From a virus: a stretch of DNA of 64,000 nt. Of this stretch, positions 48,135 to 57,426 are shown in pieces. The notes below the pieces were generated by a model. It was not told where the DNA came from. It saw nothing but the letters and a program-made list of their open reading frames with translations, and did not search any database. The stretch covers positions 32,324 through 96,323 of IMG/VR virus record IMGVR_UViG_3300039190_000120; one strand, 5' to 3'. Each line of letters opens with the position of its first letter. The first letter of the stretch is position 1. Position numbers and translations under genes: made by a program.

Positions 48135-48383
48135 TCATTGGGTGTGAACCTCTCGCTGAAGGCCGTAATAAATGCTTGCACGTTGCTTAGCGTTGTCACC
48201 CCAGAAGTGGTTGTTGTCCTTAGTTGTGGACCAACCCTCTTCTGGATGCGTGTAGACAATCGCCACGTGATGCTCGTTTTCGTGATTGCCACCACACTCA
48301 CCGTGAGGCCACATCTGTAGGACCAACTCACGGTCGTCATCTATTTTGGTGCTTTCCAGCACCTTCCACTTTCGGTCTGCCAT
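48135..48383 (-). CDS. Hypothetical protein
   Basis: 82-aa ORF in early operon. Confidence 0.6.
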   Translation of the reverse strand: MADRKWKVLESTKIDDDRELVLQMWPHGECGGNHENEHHVAIVYTHPEEGWSTTKDNNHFWGDNAKQRASIYYGLQREVHTQ

Positions 48384-48392
48384 CTGGCCCTC

Positions 48393-48611
48393 TTAGCGCT
48401 TGGCGTACTTGACGATTTCGTTGTCTTTGCCGCCCACGAAGATCTCCCCAAAGATGCACTTGGAGTCACCCTCACGGAGGATCGCACCACCGTCAGCTTC
48501 ACCCTTGCGGGCAAGACCTTTGACCTTGCTGATAAGCCCGCTCTTCGTGCGAGCGTTCACAAGGTAGCCTTCCTCTTGATGGAAGACGTGGGCATAAGGT
48601 ACGTAGCGCAT
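48393..48611 (-). CDS. Hypothetical protein
   Basis: GGAGG RBS; promoter TTGACG-17-TACTCA at 48670-48698. Confidence 0.6.
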   Translation of the reverse strand: MRYVPYAHVFHQEEGYLVNARTKSGLISKVKGLARKGEADGGAILREGDSKCIFGEIFVGGKDNEIVKYAKR

Positions 48612-48705
48612 ATGAACCTCCGTAGTGGGAGTTAGTGTTTGAGGAGGCGACTCCTCCCCGGCTCACTAATGAGTACCATAGCTATCCTACGGCGTCAAAA
48701 GAATC

Positions 48706-49347
48706 TTACCGATTGGAGTCGAAGTTCTCGACTTTCTCCCTCAGGGAGTCAGGCCCCTCCTCGTCAAGACACTGTAATGCCTCGGATATTTTGAAGCCCT
48801 TCGGCAGGCCCAGCATAAGACGGACAGCATGGAGACCTCCATCAAAAGACTCCCACAACTGTTGGGCCGTGTCTTTGTCTGTCGTGTTATCCACGAGATC
48901 AGGGCTTAGCTCGATCGAAGTACCATCATCATACTGAATCTCGACCCTCACTGCTTTTTTTGTCATCTCTTTCTTCCACAGGCTATTCTGAATAGTGGCA
49001 CGATACAGGGTTGTCTCCGTACCGTCCTCGAAGTAAATGGTCACGGATCGAGGAGTCTCCCAGACCTCTCTTTGGTGCTGAGAGTGCTCCCTTTCCCTCT
49101 GAAGTTCGTTGATAAGCCGGAGCACGTAGACGCCACAGGCCATGACAATGAGGCCGCCGCCGATGTACGTCACCCTTTCTATCGTCCCACCAAGCCAATT
49201 GGAGATGGACATAAGGATGGAGACGAAAAAGCACACCTGCGAGGCGATAAAGCCATGCCTACTGTGCTTATTCTGCCAGACCGGGCTCTTCTTGAACTCC
49301 CGGATCAGGTACTTCGCTGTCTCGATCCTGTGTCCCATCGGCTTCAT
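48706..49347 (-). CDS. Membrane protein (two TM) with repeated IxFxDGT motif
   Basis: Two hydrophobic helices; VTIYFEDGTE and VEIQYDDGTS. Confidence 0.6.
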   Translation of the reverse strand: MKPMGHRIETAKYLIREFKKSPVWQNKHSRHGFIASQVCFFVSILMSISNWLGGTIERVTYIGGGLIVMACGVYVLRLINELQREREHSQHQREVWETPRSVTIYFEDGTETTLYRATIQNSLWKKEMTKKAVRVEIQYDDGTSIELSPDLVDNTTDKDTAQQLWESFDGGLHAVRLMLGLPKGFKISEALQCLDEEGPDSLREKVENFDSNR

Positions 49348-49423
49348 TCAGTAGGGCTATGAGGGTGCCGACTTCTTCTTGATGGAGGAGGTGCATGTAG
49401 GAGCCTAGTCTATTCCGAATCAT
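49268..49423 (-). CDS. Short or truncated MIRN-motif ORF
   Basis: MIRNRLGSY. Confidence 0.45.
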   Translation of the reverse strand: MIRNRLGSYMHLLHQEEVGTLIALLNEADGTQDRDSEVPDPGVQEEPGLAE

Positions 49424-49847
49424 GAGGCATCCTGTGAGAAAGGAGTGGTGGTACTTCCTGTAGAGCTTCCGCAAACTGATGCAAGCCCGGAATCTCTTTT
49501 CGCAAGTAGCGAGCCTCGCCCACACTGTATGAATTCTTGACGGTCACTAAGAGCTTCTCAAGGTCTGTATACTTGTGCGTGCCCCTTCGATCCCACCCAC
49601 CTAGAATCTCCGACCAAAAGTAGTGCGAGAACCAACAAAAGTAAAAGCCCTCCTGATTAAAGAGCAGGTAGTAAAAATGACGCATTGGGGGCCGGGGATG
49701 GTCAGGTATGTCGATCAAATAGCCCACCCCTATTCTCTCTGAAGCCGTCTTATGGAAGGCGGGACAACCCAAGACCTCTACGGCTCTGTCCAGCGCGTAG
49801 TGTGTCCCTAAGATCTCCTGAGTCCTGCTGAGATGATTATGTATCAT
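49410..49847 (-). CDS. MIRN-motif protein
   Basis: MIHNHL...VLGCP. Confidence 0.65.
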   Translation of the reverse strand: MIHNHLSRTQEILGTHYALDRAVEVLGCPAFHKTASERIGVGYLIDIPDHPRPPMRHFYYLLFNQEGFYFCWFSHYFWSEILGGWDRRGTHKYTDLEKLLVTVKNSYSVGEARYLRKEIPGLHQFAEALQEVPPLLSHRMPHDSE

Positions 49848-50070
49848 GGCAGAAGAACTTGGAACGAGCCCCTAAGACATACACAGAGCGACGTGAGGAC
49901 TCCCCCTCGACTCGAATGACAAGGCGTGGTTGGACCTCGGGACCACGGCGATTCTGGGCCACGTTTCTATTTGCCATCTTCTTGAAGGTCCACGTCTCCT
50001 GCTCGGAGACCATACGCTTGATTCTAAGCTGGCATATATCTGCTTGGTTGAACCAGTTTTTGAGTGTCAT
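49837..50070 (-). CDS. MIRN-motif protein
   Basis: MTLKNWFNQ. Confidence 0.55.
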   Translation of the reverse strand: MTLKNWFNQADICQLRIKRMVSEQETWTFKKMANRNVAQNRRGPEVQPRLVIRVEGESSRRSVYVLGARSKFFCHDT

Positions 50071-50498
50071 GACGGGCTCCCCGATACCTGAGACTTGTAC
50101 CAACCCTCTCGCTCAAACAGTTCGGGTAAGTCTTGCATATGATGCGCCAGCCTATCGAGGCGGTAGCCACTCAGGGGCATGAACCTCCCGTCTTCCGAAG
50201 CCTTGATCCACTCGGTAGGGAGGTGGAAGGTCTTCTCTTCCCCACTCTGGTAGGAGATCAGAGTATCCTCTGTCTCGGCCCAGCGATCGCAGGTGGCCTT
50301 GGGATGGCTGTAGGTAGAACCTGTCATACTTCGATTGAGCCAGACTAATGTGAGACGGGCAAAACCCAACGTCGGATATATCTCTAGCTCCGGCTGGGTA
50401 GGAAAGCCCATGATGGATACTAAATTGAAGACGCCGGGGAAGTAGCTATCCAGCTCAAGGAACTGACGAGCTTCCCTGATGTAATTACGTATCGGCAT
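50067..50498 (-). CDS. MIRN-motif protein
   Basis: MPIRNYI...MGFP...LTLVWL. Confidence 0.65.
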   Translation of the reverse strand: MPIRNYIREARQFLELDSYFPGVFNLVSIMGFPTQPELEIYPTLGFARLTLVWLNRSMTGSTYSHPKATCDRWAETEDTLISYQSGEEKTFHLPTEWIKASEDGRFMPLSGYRLDRLAHHMQDLPELFEREGWYKSQVSGSPS

Positions 50499-50715
50499 GT
50501 GTCTCTGAAAGCTCAGCAAGTCCTAGCGTCCAACCTACGGCGTACGAGTCTTGATTACGTTTGAGATAGGGTCGCATTACAGGGTAGATAGTCACGACCC
50601 GGAAGCGCCGACCATCGTCCTTCTCGATAATGTCCCCTATCTCGTGTGGTTTGGGAACACGGGGCCGGTTGTACAGCTCTCTTTGCAACTCTTCTTTGGT
50701 CTGGGCTCTAGCCAT
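50485..50715 (-). CDS. Hypothetical protein
   Basis: 76-aa ORF downstream of TTGACA-18-TATCAG. Confidence 0.6.
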   Translation of the reverse strand: MARAQTKEELQRELYNRPRVPKPHEIGDIIEKDDGRRFRVVTIYPVMRPYLKRNQDSYAVGWTLGLAELSETHADT

Positions 50716-50791
50716 CTCGTCTTCTCTCTGGTAGTCATAGAGCTAGCATCTATCTGATACCACAGTGCTATGCCTGTTGTCAAAGAGCCCA

Positions 50792-51276
50792 ATGATACGT
50801 AACTACCTCCCCTACAGTCACATCTTTGATGAAATTAGGTACCGGTGTCCCATCGGGTATGAGGTACTCAAGAGCTGCCCAATGCCCTCTCGTATCGAGA
50901 TGCGCGGGGCGAACTGGACGGTCCTCAATTGGGTATTCGACCGATCCGATACGATACGGAAGAGTTCGTAGTGAATATCTGCTTCATGCAAACAGACAGT
51001 GGTGAGATAAAGCCCCATTGGGAGGGCGAACCAGAGCCTGAAGACTGGCATCGTTCCAAAGATTATGAAGACCACGAGGCACTCATAAGAATGGTACGCC
51101 ACTACGCACGCCAAGACTCGGTGACAAAGCGGATACTACCAATGCCCGACGAAGTGGCTCGGGAGTTCTGGGAAGGACAGCCTCCCTTTAGCCTTCTTGT
51201 CCTGTCGACCTACGAGGTACTTCGTGCAGACGTCGGAGACAGCGGACCCTCAGTACACCAACTACGTCGATACTAG
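50792..51276 (+). pseudogene. Plus-strand MIRN-motif gene frameshifted by a 5-bp duplication
   Basis: MIRNYLPY...LNWVFDRSD; removing one CGATA copy near 50950 gives one 159-aa frame. Confidence 0.7.
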
Positions 51277-51410
51277 GTTTGAGTAGTGTGGACCCTGTGC
51301 AGACAATGGAAGGGGCAGACCGGAGCATATCAACAGGACTGCAATACTTACGGGGACTTAGTTTGTTTCCCGAAAAAGGGTTGGCAATGAAGGACCTAGC
51401 CTCGGTGTGA

Positions 51411-52069
51411 TCAGGAAAGTAGGTTGCCTCGAAGGTCCAACAGATGCCCTGATCTTGAGGCTCCGGGGAGGAGCCAGACCCAGCAAACAACCAGAGCACG
51501 GCTCGCGCTCTCATACTCAAGGTAGGAAGGTACGCCGTGATCAAGGGTTGGGGCAAAAGCCGGGAACCTCGAAGCGACCTCGTAGAGTAGGTTCCAGTAC
51601 GTGAAGTAGTTCTCAATCAAAACGGCGAAGACCACGTGGTCATAGAAGTCATAATCCGTCCAAAACTCACTGAGGACGAACCTGCCATTAGCGGAGAGGG
51701 GGACGGGTTGGAGTCCTTGTTCCTCAATACGATCACACAGGATGAAGATACCATCTGTGACCTGAGCTACCTCGTTGCGTACGAAGTTCCACCCGTTCTC
51801 GCTGATCCTGATCTTCTCGTAAGTGTATACCGTATGTGCACCATAGCCCTCTTGGAAGAGGATCTCCAGTGTCCATCTCCTCTCGTCTCTAGCGCCGATC
51901 TGATCGGGGTCACAAAAGCTCCAGTACGCAGTGAAGAACTGGTTCTCTAGGAGGCTTAAATCAGATGGCGGTACACCTCCCAACTCGTCCACTACGTATT
52001 TGACCCCGTGGACTTATGGCGGTACATATTGACAAGTGCAAATCCCTCTAGGTACCTTTCCTTAATCAT
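51411..52069 (-). pseudogene. Frameshifted MIRN-family gene with a second internal MIRN-like domain
   Basis: MIKERYLEG (ATG 52069) one base out of frame with DELGGVPP..AYWSF; internal LIENYF...GVP...VCWVW. Confidence 0.6.
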
Positions 52070-52190
52070 GCGAACTTCCTCTCTAACCTTGAGAGACGCA
52101 GGTCAATAAGACGCTGGCGTTGACCGCGGCCTGATTCATCCATCTTCAGCTTGTAACACCCATCCCGGATGCTATGCTATACAAACGTCT

Positions 52191-52457
52191 CTAGGTCGCG
52201 GACCTCGATGTGCTCTTCCTCATTGTGGTTGAGGACCCACTGAACTTCGTGTTGGTCATAGCGTAGCGGGTATAAGTAAGCACGATCCAGTAGTCCGGGT
52301 ACTCCCTGTCTTCGTAGATCCAGTAGATCGTAAACTCGGCCTCCTGAGAGATCCCACCAATGTCCGTAGGCACACCTAGAGTGCGGATCAATCCCGGAAT
52401 CACAGGGTCCAAAAGAGCCAGTGTCCTGTAGACCGGAAGATAGTTACGTATGCTCAT
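52191..52457 (-). pseudogene. MIRN-motif gene with 5-bp duplication frameshift
   Basis: MSIRNYL...LGVP...IYWIY; CGCTA x2 near 52260 shifts away from a protein-like YDQHEVQWVL frame. Confidence 0.6.
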
Positions 52458-52639
52458 ATCTTGGGATCCGGCCGGAGAAAAAATGGTCGTAGGTGCATCT
52501 CCACTCTATCCTCTGTGGCCGGGCCGGGGTCTAGGCTTCTGGAAGACATAAGAGGACCAACCCAGAAAGTCACGAAGGTAGGAGGTCCACCGGCACTTAG
52601 ATACAGGAGGTATTGTCTGTTGAACCAGTTGCGTATCAT
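52454..52639 (-). CDS. MIRN-motif ORF
   Basis: MIRNWFNRQ. Confidence 0.55.
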   Translation of the reverse strand: MIRNWFNRQYLLYLSAGGPPTFVTFWVGPLMSSRSLDPGPATEDRVEMHLRPFFLRPDPKI

Positions 52640-53120
52640 CCCAAAGCCTCCAAGATCTTAGCATGGGCGTCCTTATTGGGCTCCTGCTTAATACCTGAGG
52701 GACCACATAGGCGTCGGTGTGCAAGAACAGACTTCTTGAAGTCGGAGCCGTCCTCTATGAGCCGCCGCCTTTCTTCGACACTGCGATAGCCACGGGATAA
52801 GGCTCTCTGGAAATAGTGATAACCCTCTACCTTCCTGTCATGGGCCGGATTGAGGATCAAGGTGTAGACGTGGTGGACGTCCGTTCTCGCTTCCTCACCC
52901 TCGGTGAGGTCTACGAGCCGGACAAAACGATGCTAGCATCCTTTTCGGTGTACCGCCACAAGATAGCAATTGCATTGTCTATATCAGAGATGGCTGAGAA
53001 ATACCCGTAGCCCAGACACCAAGGGGACCCCAACGTCGAGATGTACTCCTCCCATAACAAGGGGTGGCGGTCGAGCAGAGGACCTACGACATAATAGAGG
53101 GGTGAGGTGTCGAGTATCAT
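52636..53120 (-). pseudogene. Divergent MIRN-family gene, frameshifted
   Basis: MILDTS...LGSP...ILWRY; continuation in another frame to 52636. Confidence 0.5.
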
Positions 53121-53386
53121 GTGAGGAACCTCTTTATGGACCCCAGCGTGTTGAGGTTGTAGGAGGGAATCATCTTACCGTACTCAGTGAGTGGGGGCGC
53201 TGCATCCAAAAAGGCATCGAGACCTACACACGTATTATTCTCGGTACTAGTACGTAGACCTTTGTTGTCGTACTCACGGTTCTCTATCCCCAAGATGATG
53301 GTCCCGTCAAGGTAGAGTCGGCAATTGTGGTCGAAAGGGACTCGAAGATGTAGAGAACCATGACGTGGTGAGTACCACCGTCTGCC

Positions 53387-53518
53387 TCAGGGTCCTGATT
53401 GACAGAGAGGATACACACGTAGTTGACCGTACGTCTGGAAGATAGGACCACCCATAGAGGCCCATCTCGACAGGAGGATACAACAAACCTCGTGATGGAG
53501 GAAGAAATTGCGTATCAT
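53387..53518 (-). pseudogene. Truncated MIRN-motif gene
   Basis: MIRNFFLHHEVCCILLSRWASMGGPIFQTYG, similar to the 53946 gene; not in ORF track. Confidence 0.55.
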
Positions 53519-53546
53519 AACAGGAACTCACGCTCGATTCGACCCA

Positions 53547-53946
53547 TCATTGACAAGTCGTAGGACGGCTCGATCCTCTTGAACTTCTCGGGCATCGGGT
53601 CGCACGCTCAGGCCGAGGGTGCACCTCTCCCGCACCAAACTCTCGCTTCCGACTGTGCTTAACACGTCCCCAACGACCATCATAGACACGAAGCTCTCGT
53701 ATGTGCCTCACACGTCCAGAGGGCCACAAAAAGGTCTTGTACTCCCAGAGGCTATCCTCCGACTCAAATTGGTGGGCCACGAATACCGAATCCTCGACGA
53801 TACTAATGATGCGAGGCTAGGCTAGGCGAGGCGAGGCGAGGTCGGCCCATCACCTTGAAGATCGTGCCCGTGCCCGTGCCCAGCGAAGGCCACTTCTCTA
53901 TCAGGCCCTGACAGATGGAGTAGTGATAGAGGTAATTGCGTATCAT
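53547..53946 (-). pseudogene. MIRN-motif gene disrupted by pentamer expansion
   Basis: MIRNYLYHY...MGRPR; six pentamers at 53811-53840; removing five restores GRPRIISIVEDSVFVAHQF. Confidence 0.7.
53811..53841. repeat. Mixed pentanucleotide repeat (GGCTA/GGCGA)
   Basis: gcgag gctag gctag gcgag gcgag gcgag g. Confidence 0.9.
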
Positions 53947-53950
53947 GCTC

Positions 53951-54215
53951 TCAGATACCTTCTATTACGGCGTAAGCAGTATCCAGTGCGTCACGTGGCT
54001 CTACATCTGTTCCCTCCACATCAGCATAGAGAGCTGCTGTCTCCCTGTGTAGCACAAAGGACATAAAGAAGGGAGGCCCACTGTACGTACCGGTGTGGTA
54101 AGACCACGTGATAATGAAGTAGTCCCCCTCTTGTGGGCAGACCTCCACGGCCTCACGGCCCCACGGCCTCGAAGAACTCCGTAAGCAGGGGTCCCAATTG
54201 CTCAGTGTCTACCAT
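53951..54215 (-). pseudogene. Gene disrupted by 8-bp repeat
   Basis: CACGGCC(T/C) x3 at 54146-54169 separates MVDTEQLG..FFEAV from EVCPQEGDYFIITWSY. Confidence 0.5.
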
Positions 54216-54474
54216 TCAGCACTCTCTATCATTCCGTACAGGGCGTGCACAGCATCCCACGACTTCTTATAGGGATACCTACGCCTTTCTGCTACAGATC
54301 GCCAAGCCTTCATCGAACCATCTGACCTGTCAATCTCGAACACAAGGTACTTCATATGCGTACCACCTCTTCGAGAGACTGCTGGCGTACAGAGAAACAC
54401 GGGTCCTCTTCTGTCTCCCTCTCCCATTCGATATGCTCGAAGCGAAGGCACAGGGTAGCTTAGCTCGTCATTGA

Positions 54475-54500
54475 GGTGAGGTGCGGTGCGGTGCGGTGCC
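54475..54500. repeat. Pentanucleotide repeat GGTGA(GGTGC)4 inside MPIRNL gene start (ATG 54525)
   Basis: ggtga ggtgc ggtgc ggtgc ggtgc c. Confidence 0.9.
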
Positions 54501-54526
54501 ATACTGTAAGGTTACGTATCGGCATC

Positions 54527-54763
54527 TTAGAGCGCCTTGCATTCGGAGAGATTGATACCGTGCTTCACAGCTTGTCCCTCTACGTCTGTACCTGCATAGA
54601 GAAAGGCCGCATCATCGAAGACCCAATTGGACCCTCCCGTACCGGACTGCCACACATGAAGGTAGCCCTCTGAGGTACTCCCCTTGTTGCGTGTCACGAA
54701 TACGAGGGGCTCTGAAACACGCAGATGACGCATGTGGTCTTCCTTCTCCTCTATGTCCTGCAT
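54527..54763 (-). CDS. Hypothetical protein
   Basis: 78-aa ORF; true start possibly MRHLRV. Confidence 0.5.
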   Translation of the reverse strand: MQDIEEKEDHMRHLRVSEPLVFVTRNKGSTSEGYLHVWQSGTGGSNWVFDDAAFLYAGTDVEGQAVKHGINLSECKAL

Positions 54764-54813
54764 GGCTAGGGCTAGGTCTAGGTCTAGGTCTAGGTCTAGG
54801 TCTAGGTCTAGGT
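54764..54813. repeat. Hexanucleotide repeat (CTAGGT)7
   Basis: Seven perfect units at 54772-54813, preceded by GGCTAG G. Confidence 0.95.
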
Positions 54814-55060
54814 AAGAGATAAGACCTGCTGCAGATAAAGACGATAGCTTATATTAGCTATGACCCCCGGTATGATTCGGTCCCCTTGTGTCCTTCGTGC
54901 CATTCGTTATGCCTCTTGTTGGTTAGTTCCTGTGTAACCACTCCTATATACCACAAAGGACGTAATAAGCGGGGTATTTATGTGGGGTCCTACGGGTATT
55001 TTAAGGGGGTTTTATTTGACCCCTTGCAGGAAGGAGTTGTGAGAGGGGGTCGCGGTCGAG

Positions 55061-55218
55061 GGAAGGGTTGAGCTAGAGGTCAAGAACCCATATCAGAAGG
55101 GCGTGAGAGGCCGATTATCGTCCTGTGACGGAGATCAAAGGAAGGGTTGAGCTAGAGGTCAAGAACCCATATCAGAAGGGCGTGAGAGGCCGATTATCGT
55201 CCTGTGACGGAGATCAAA
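55061..55218. repeat. Perfect 79-bp tandem duplication
   Basis: 55061-55139 equals 55140-55218. Confidence 0.95.
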
Positions 55219-55340
55219 GGATTATTGATAAGGCGTCATATGTACCGGGCATTCGGATCTGACGAAACAAAAATCCAGAAAAATAATTTCAAAAAAATAA
55301 AATATTGCTTGACAACAGATTCAAAATGTGGAGGACGGTA

Positions 55341-55571
55341 TTAGTGATCGAGATCAAGGCCGGGAATCATGTGCAGGAGATCCTCAGTGACTTCGGCATC
55401 GTGGGTAAGCAGGAGAGGCTGATCATAGGTCCTAGTGATCTCCCCCTTACTGAGGATGATCACCTCGAACTCGTCTGTCTTACTCCGGTCCGTCTGAATC
55501 CAGACCTTGGAGTCGAGGTAGTGATCAGGGATCTTGTCGAGTTGCTCTTTAAGGTCACGCCAAGTGAACAT
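55341..55571 (-). CDS. Hypothetical protein
   Basis: MFTWRDLKEQLDKIPDHYLD resembles the N-terminus of 46966-47649 (MHTLEDLKVFIDDLPEHYL). Confidence 0.6.
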   Translation of the reverse strand: MFTWRDLKEQLDKIPDHYLDSKVWIQTDRSKTDEFEVIILSKGEITRTYDQPLLLTHDAEVTEDLLHMIPGLDLDH

Positions 55572-56043
55572 AGGTATTCTCCATTTGTCAGGTCCACCAG
55601 CAGCCCATGACGGAAACTGCTTTCTGGAGCTGGGTGTGTGGGGTTAACGCATTAGGTGGTGGATTAGTATTTCCGGCCCGGCTCTCATAGAGAGAGAAGT
55701 AGTCTTGCCACGATCCCCGTGTGTACCAGAGATACAGATCGAAGGTCGTGCGTTGAGCTTCCGGGTTATTGGTATCTTCGGCTTCGCACCACTCGACGTA
55801 CTCTTTGAATTTGAGTGGGCCTCCATATGTTCCTCGTCCACTCTGTGTTAACGAGGCACGTGAACACAGAGTGGAAAGCGACGTGATCACAATCGTAGAG
55901 GCGGCCATCCTCTTCAAGAGCCGGGATCGTCAGTTGGTTGCCTTCTATCATATCTAGCGTGGGCCGAAGAAGAAGTCGAAGTGACGGTGAGATTGGTAAA
56001 GGTTCTGCCAAGCCAAGTGGCAGGGTACAGGACGTATTGCTCA

Positions 56044-56340
56044 TTACGCAAATGAAGCAAGCCAAGGTTGGGGGTACATATCTCGATACGTGTGGTGGTC
56101 CGGGGTTTGTTGAGTGAACGTGGTGTTGAACGAGAAGGGATTGTCTTCGGGCTTCTCTAACTGGAGGGTGAAGAGCCAGAGATAGCCAGTATGTGGGTCC
56201 TCGAAGGTCCAGTGGAGTTTGAGCTGATGGTCATCCGGGTACAGGGACGTAAACGAGAAGGGATGCCTGAGCTGATCCCACCATTTCGTAGTGGGGAAGT
56301 AGGAGAAGAAGGTACCTAGCTGGAAGCGTTCCTGAATCAT
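56044..56340 (-). CDS. Divergent MIRN-family protein
   Basis: MIQERFQLG...LHWTF. Confidence 0.6.
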   Translation of the reverse strand: MIQERFQLGTFFSYFPTTKWWDQLRHPFSFTSLYPDDHQLKLHWTFEDPHTGYLWLFTLQLEKPEDNPFSFNTTFTQQTPDHHTYRDMYPQPWLASFA

Positions 56341-56371
56341 GCGAAGGTCCTCATGCGAAGGTCCTCATGCG
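56337..56371. repeat. 14-bp tandem repeat x2.5
   Basis: TCATGCGAAGGTCC. Confidence 0.85.
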
Positions 56372-56527
56372 AGCTTGGTGTCATCCCTCTGTGGTGTGCA
56401 GGTCTGGGGGTTGAAAGCATTGTTGAACCTGAGGAGCCACTGTGGGTAAGCAAGCCACGGCTGCTTTAGATTATCTGAGCTGCGGCTGTAAGCAAAGTCA
56501 GGGGCTTCCTCGTAAGGATCATCTGCC

Positions 56528-56743
56528 TTAGGGGACCATGAAGGTCCAGACCGGCCAGAAGGAGGGAGCTGAATCAGTCACCTGAATGAAGGTCCAGATG
56601 AACTGGTAGACGTGGCAGGTATAGAGACGCCGGTATGTCCAGTTCGTCATATCGAAGGGGACGGCTGGTACAGCTTTCCTGATCAAGGGGTGTAACTGGT
56701 AATTGCACAGAGCGTACCCCGTGTGATGTAGGTCACGAATCAT
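56528..56743 (-). CDS. MIRN-family protein (probably truncated by frameshift)
   Basis: MIRDLHHTG...FIWTF. Confidence 0.55.
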   Translation of the reverse strand: MIRDLHHTGYALCNYQLHPLIRKAVPAVPFDMTNWTYRRLYTCHVYQFIWTFIQVTDSAPSFWPVWTFMVP

Positions 56744-57092
56744 GCTTCTTCCCTCTGATGTGATTCTGTAAGGCGCGTGCCCACCTCATGGAGCCTACCT
56801 CATGGAAAGCGCTGTAGGGAGGGTCAGCCGAATAGAAGCCCATCTCGAAGTCACCCCAAGACTCCGGGCTCTTGAGCAGCCGGAAGGAGAAACACATCTC
56901 GGGATAGTTGACCCCGTTGTAGAAGTGGGTACCCCCTGATAAGGTGAAGTTCCACTGGAGGACAACCATTCCGTCCTCTGTTACCCTCTTGTCATCGGGT
57001 GGGGCCGTAATTTGTTCGAGGACCTTGCGTACGTACCCCGTCTGAGCGTAGGAGGGGAGCGTAGAGTATATCCAGCGATTACTGATTGGCAT
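56733..57092 (-). CDS. MIRN-family protein
   Basis: MPISNRW...APP...LQWNF. Confidence 0.6.
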   Translation of the reverse strand: MPISNRWIYSTLPSYAQTGYVRKVLEQITAPPDDKRVTEDGMVVLQWNFTLSGGTHFYNGVNYPEMCFSFRLLKSPESWGDFEMGFYSADPPYSAFHEVGSMRWARALQNHIRGKKHDS

Positions 57093-57426
57093 TGTAATCC
57101 CCCGGTCTGATCCACTGCTCTTCTTCGTTCGTGAGACGCCACCAATGGAGCCAGTTCCTACTGGAGATACACTTGACGGTATCGTAATTCTCACCCACCC
57201 GGCCCTCCAGATACAGAGGGCGCTCGTTATGCTTGTACTTACGGAGGGCGAAATGAGAGACTTCATCTCTATTTGGATTCTTGAATAGCCAGACGAGATC
57301 AACGCACTCCGACGCCTGCTGTACGTAGGTAGGGGGCCTCAGTAGCTTCGAGAGTATAGCCTAGCCTAGCCTCACCGCACGTGAAGGCTATGAGGTCCTC
57401 AAGTGTATGATGTAGTTACGTATCAT
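57079..57426 (-). pseudogene. MIRN-motif gene disrupted near a pentamer tract
   Basis: MIRNYIIH then early stop; GTGC GGTGA (GGCTA)3 at 57356-57379; downstream frame RPP...LVWLF. Confidence 0.65.

Noticed and set aside
55061-55218. 79-bp duplication as a DGR template/variable repeat pair
   Set aside because: Copies are identical and adjacent with no adenine-specific mismatches; no reverse transcriptase in the window.
41330-57426. MIRN junctions as integron attC sites
   Set aside because: No GTTRRRY/RYYYAAC palindromic elements between genes, no integrase, and the DNA varies synonymously.
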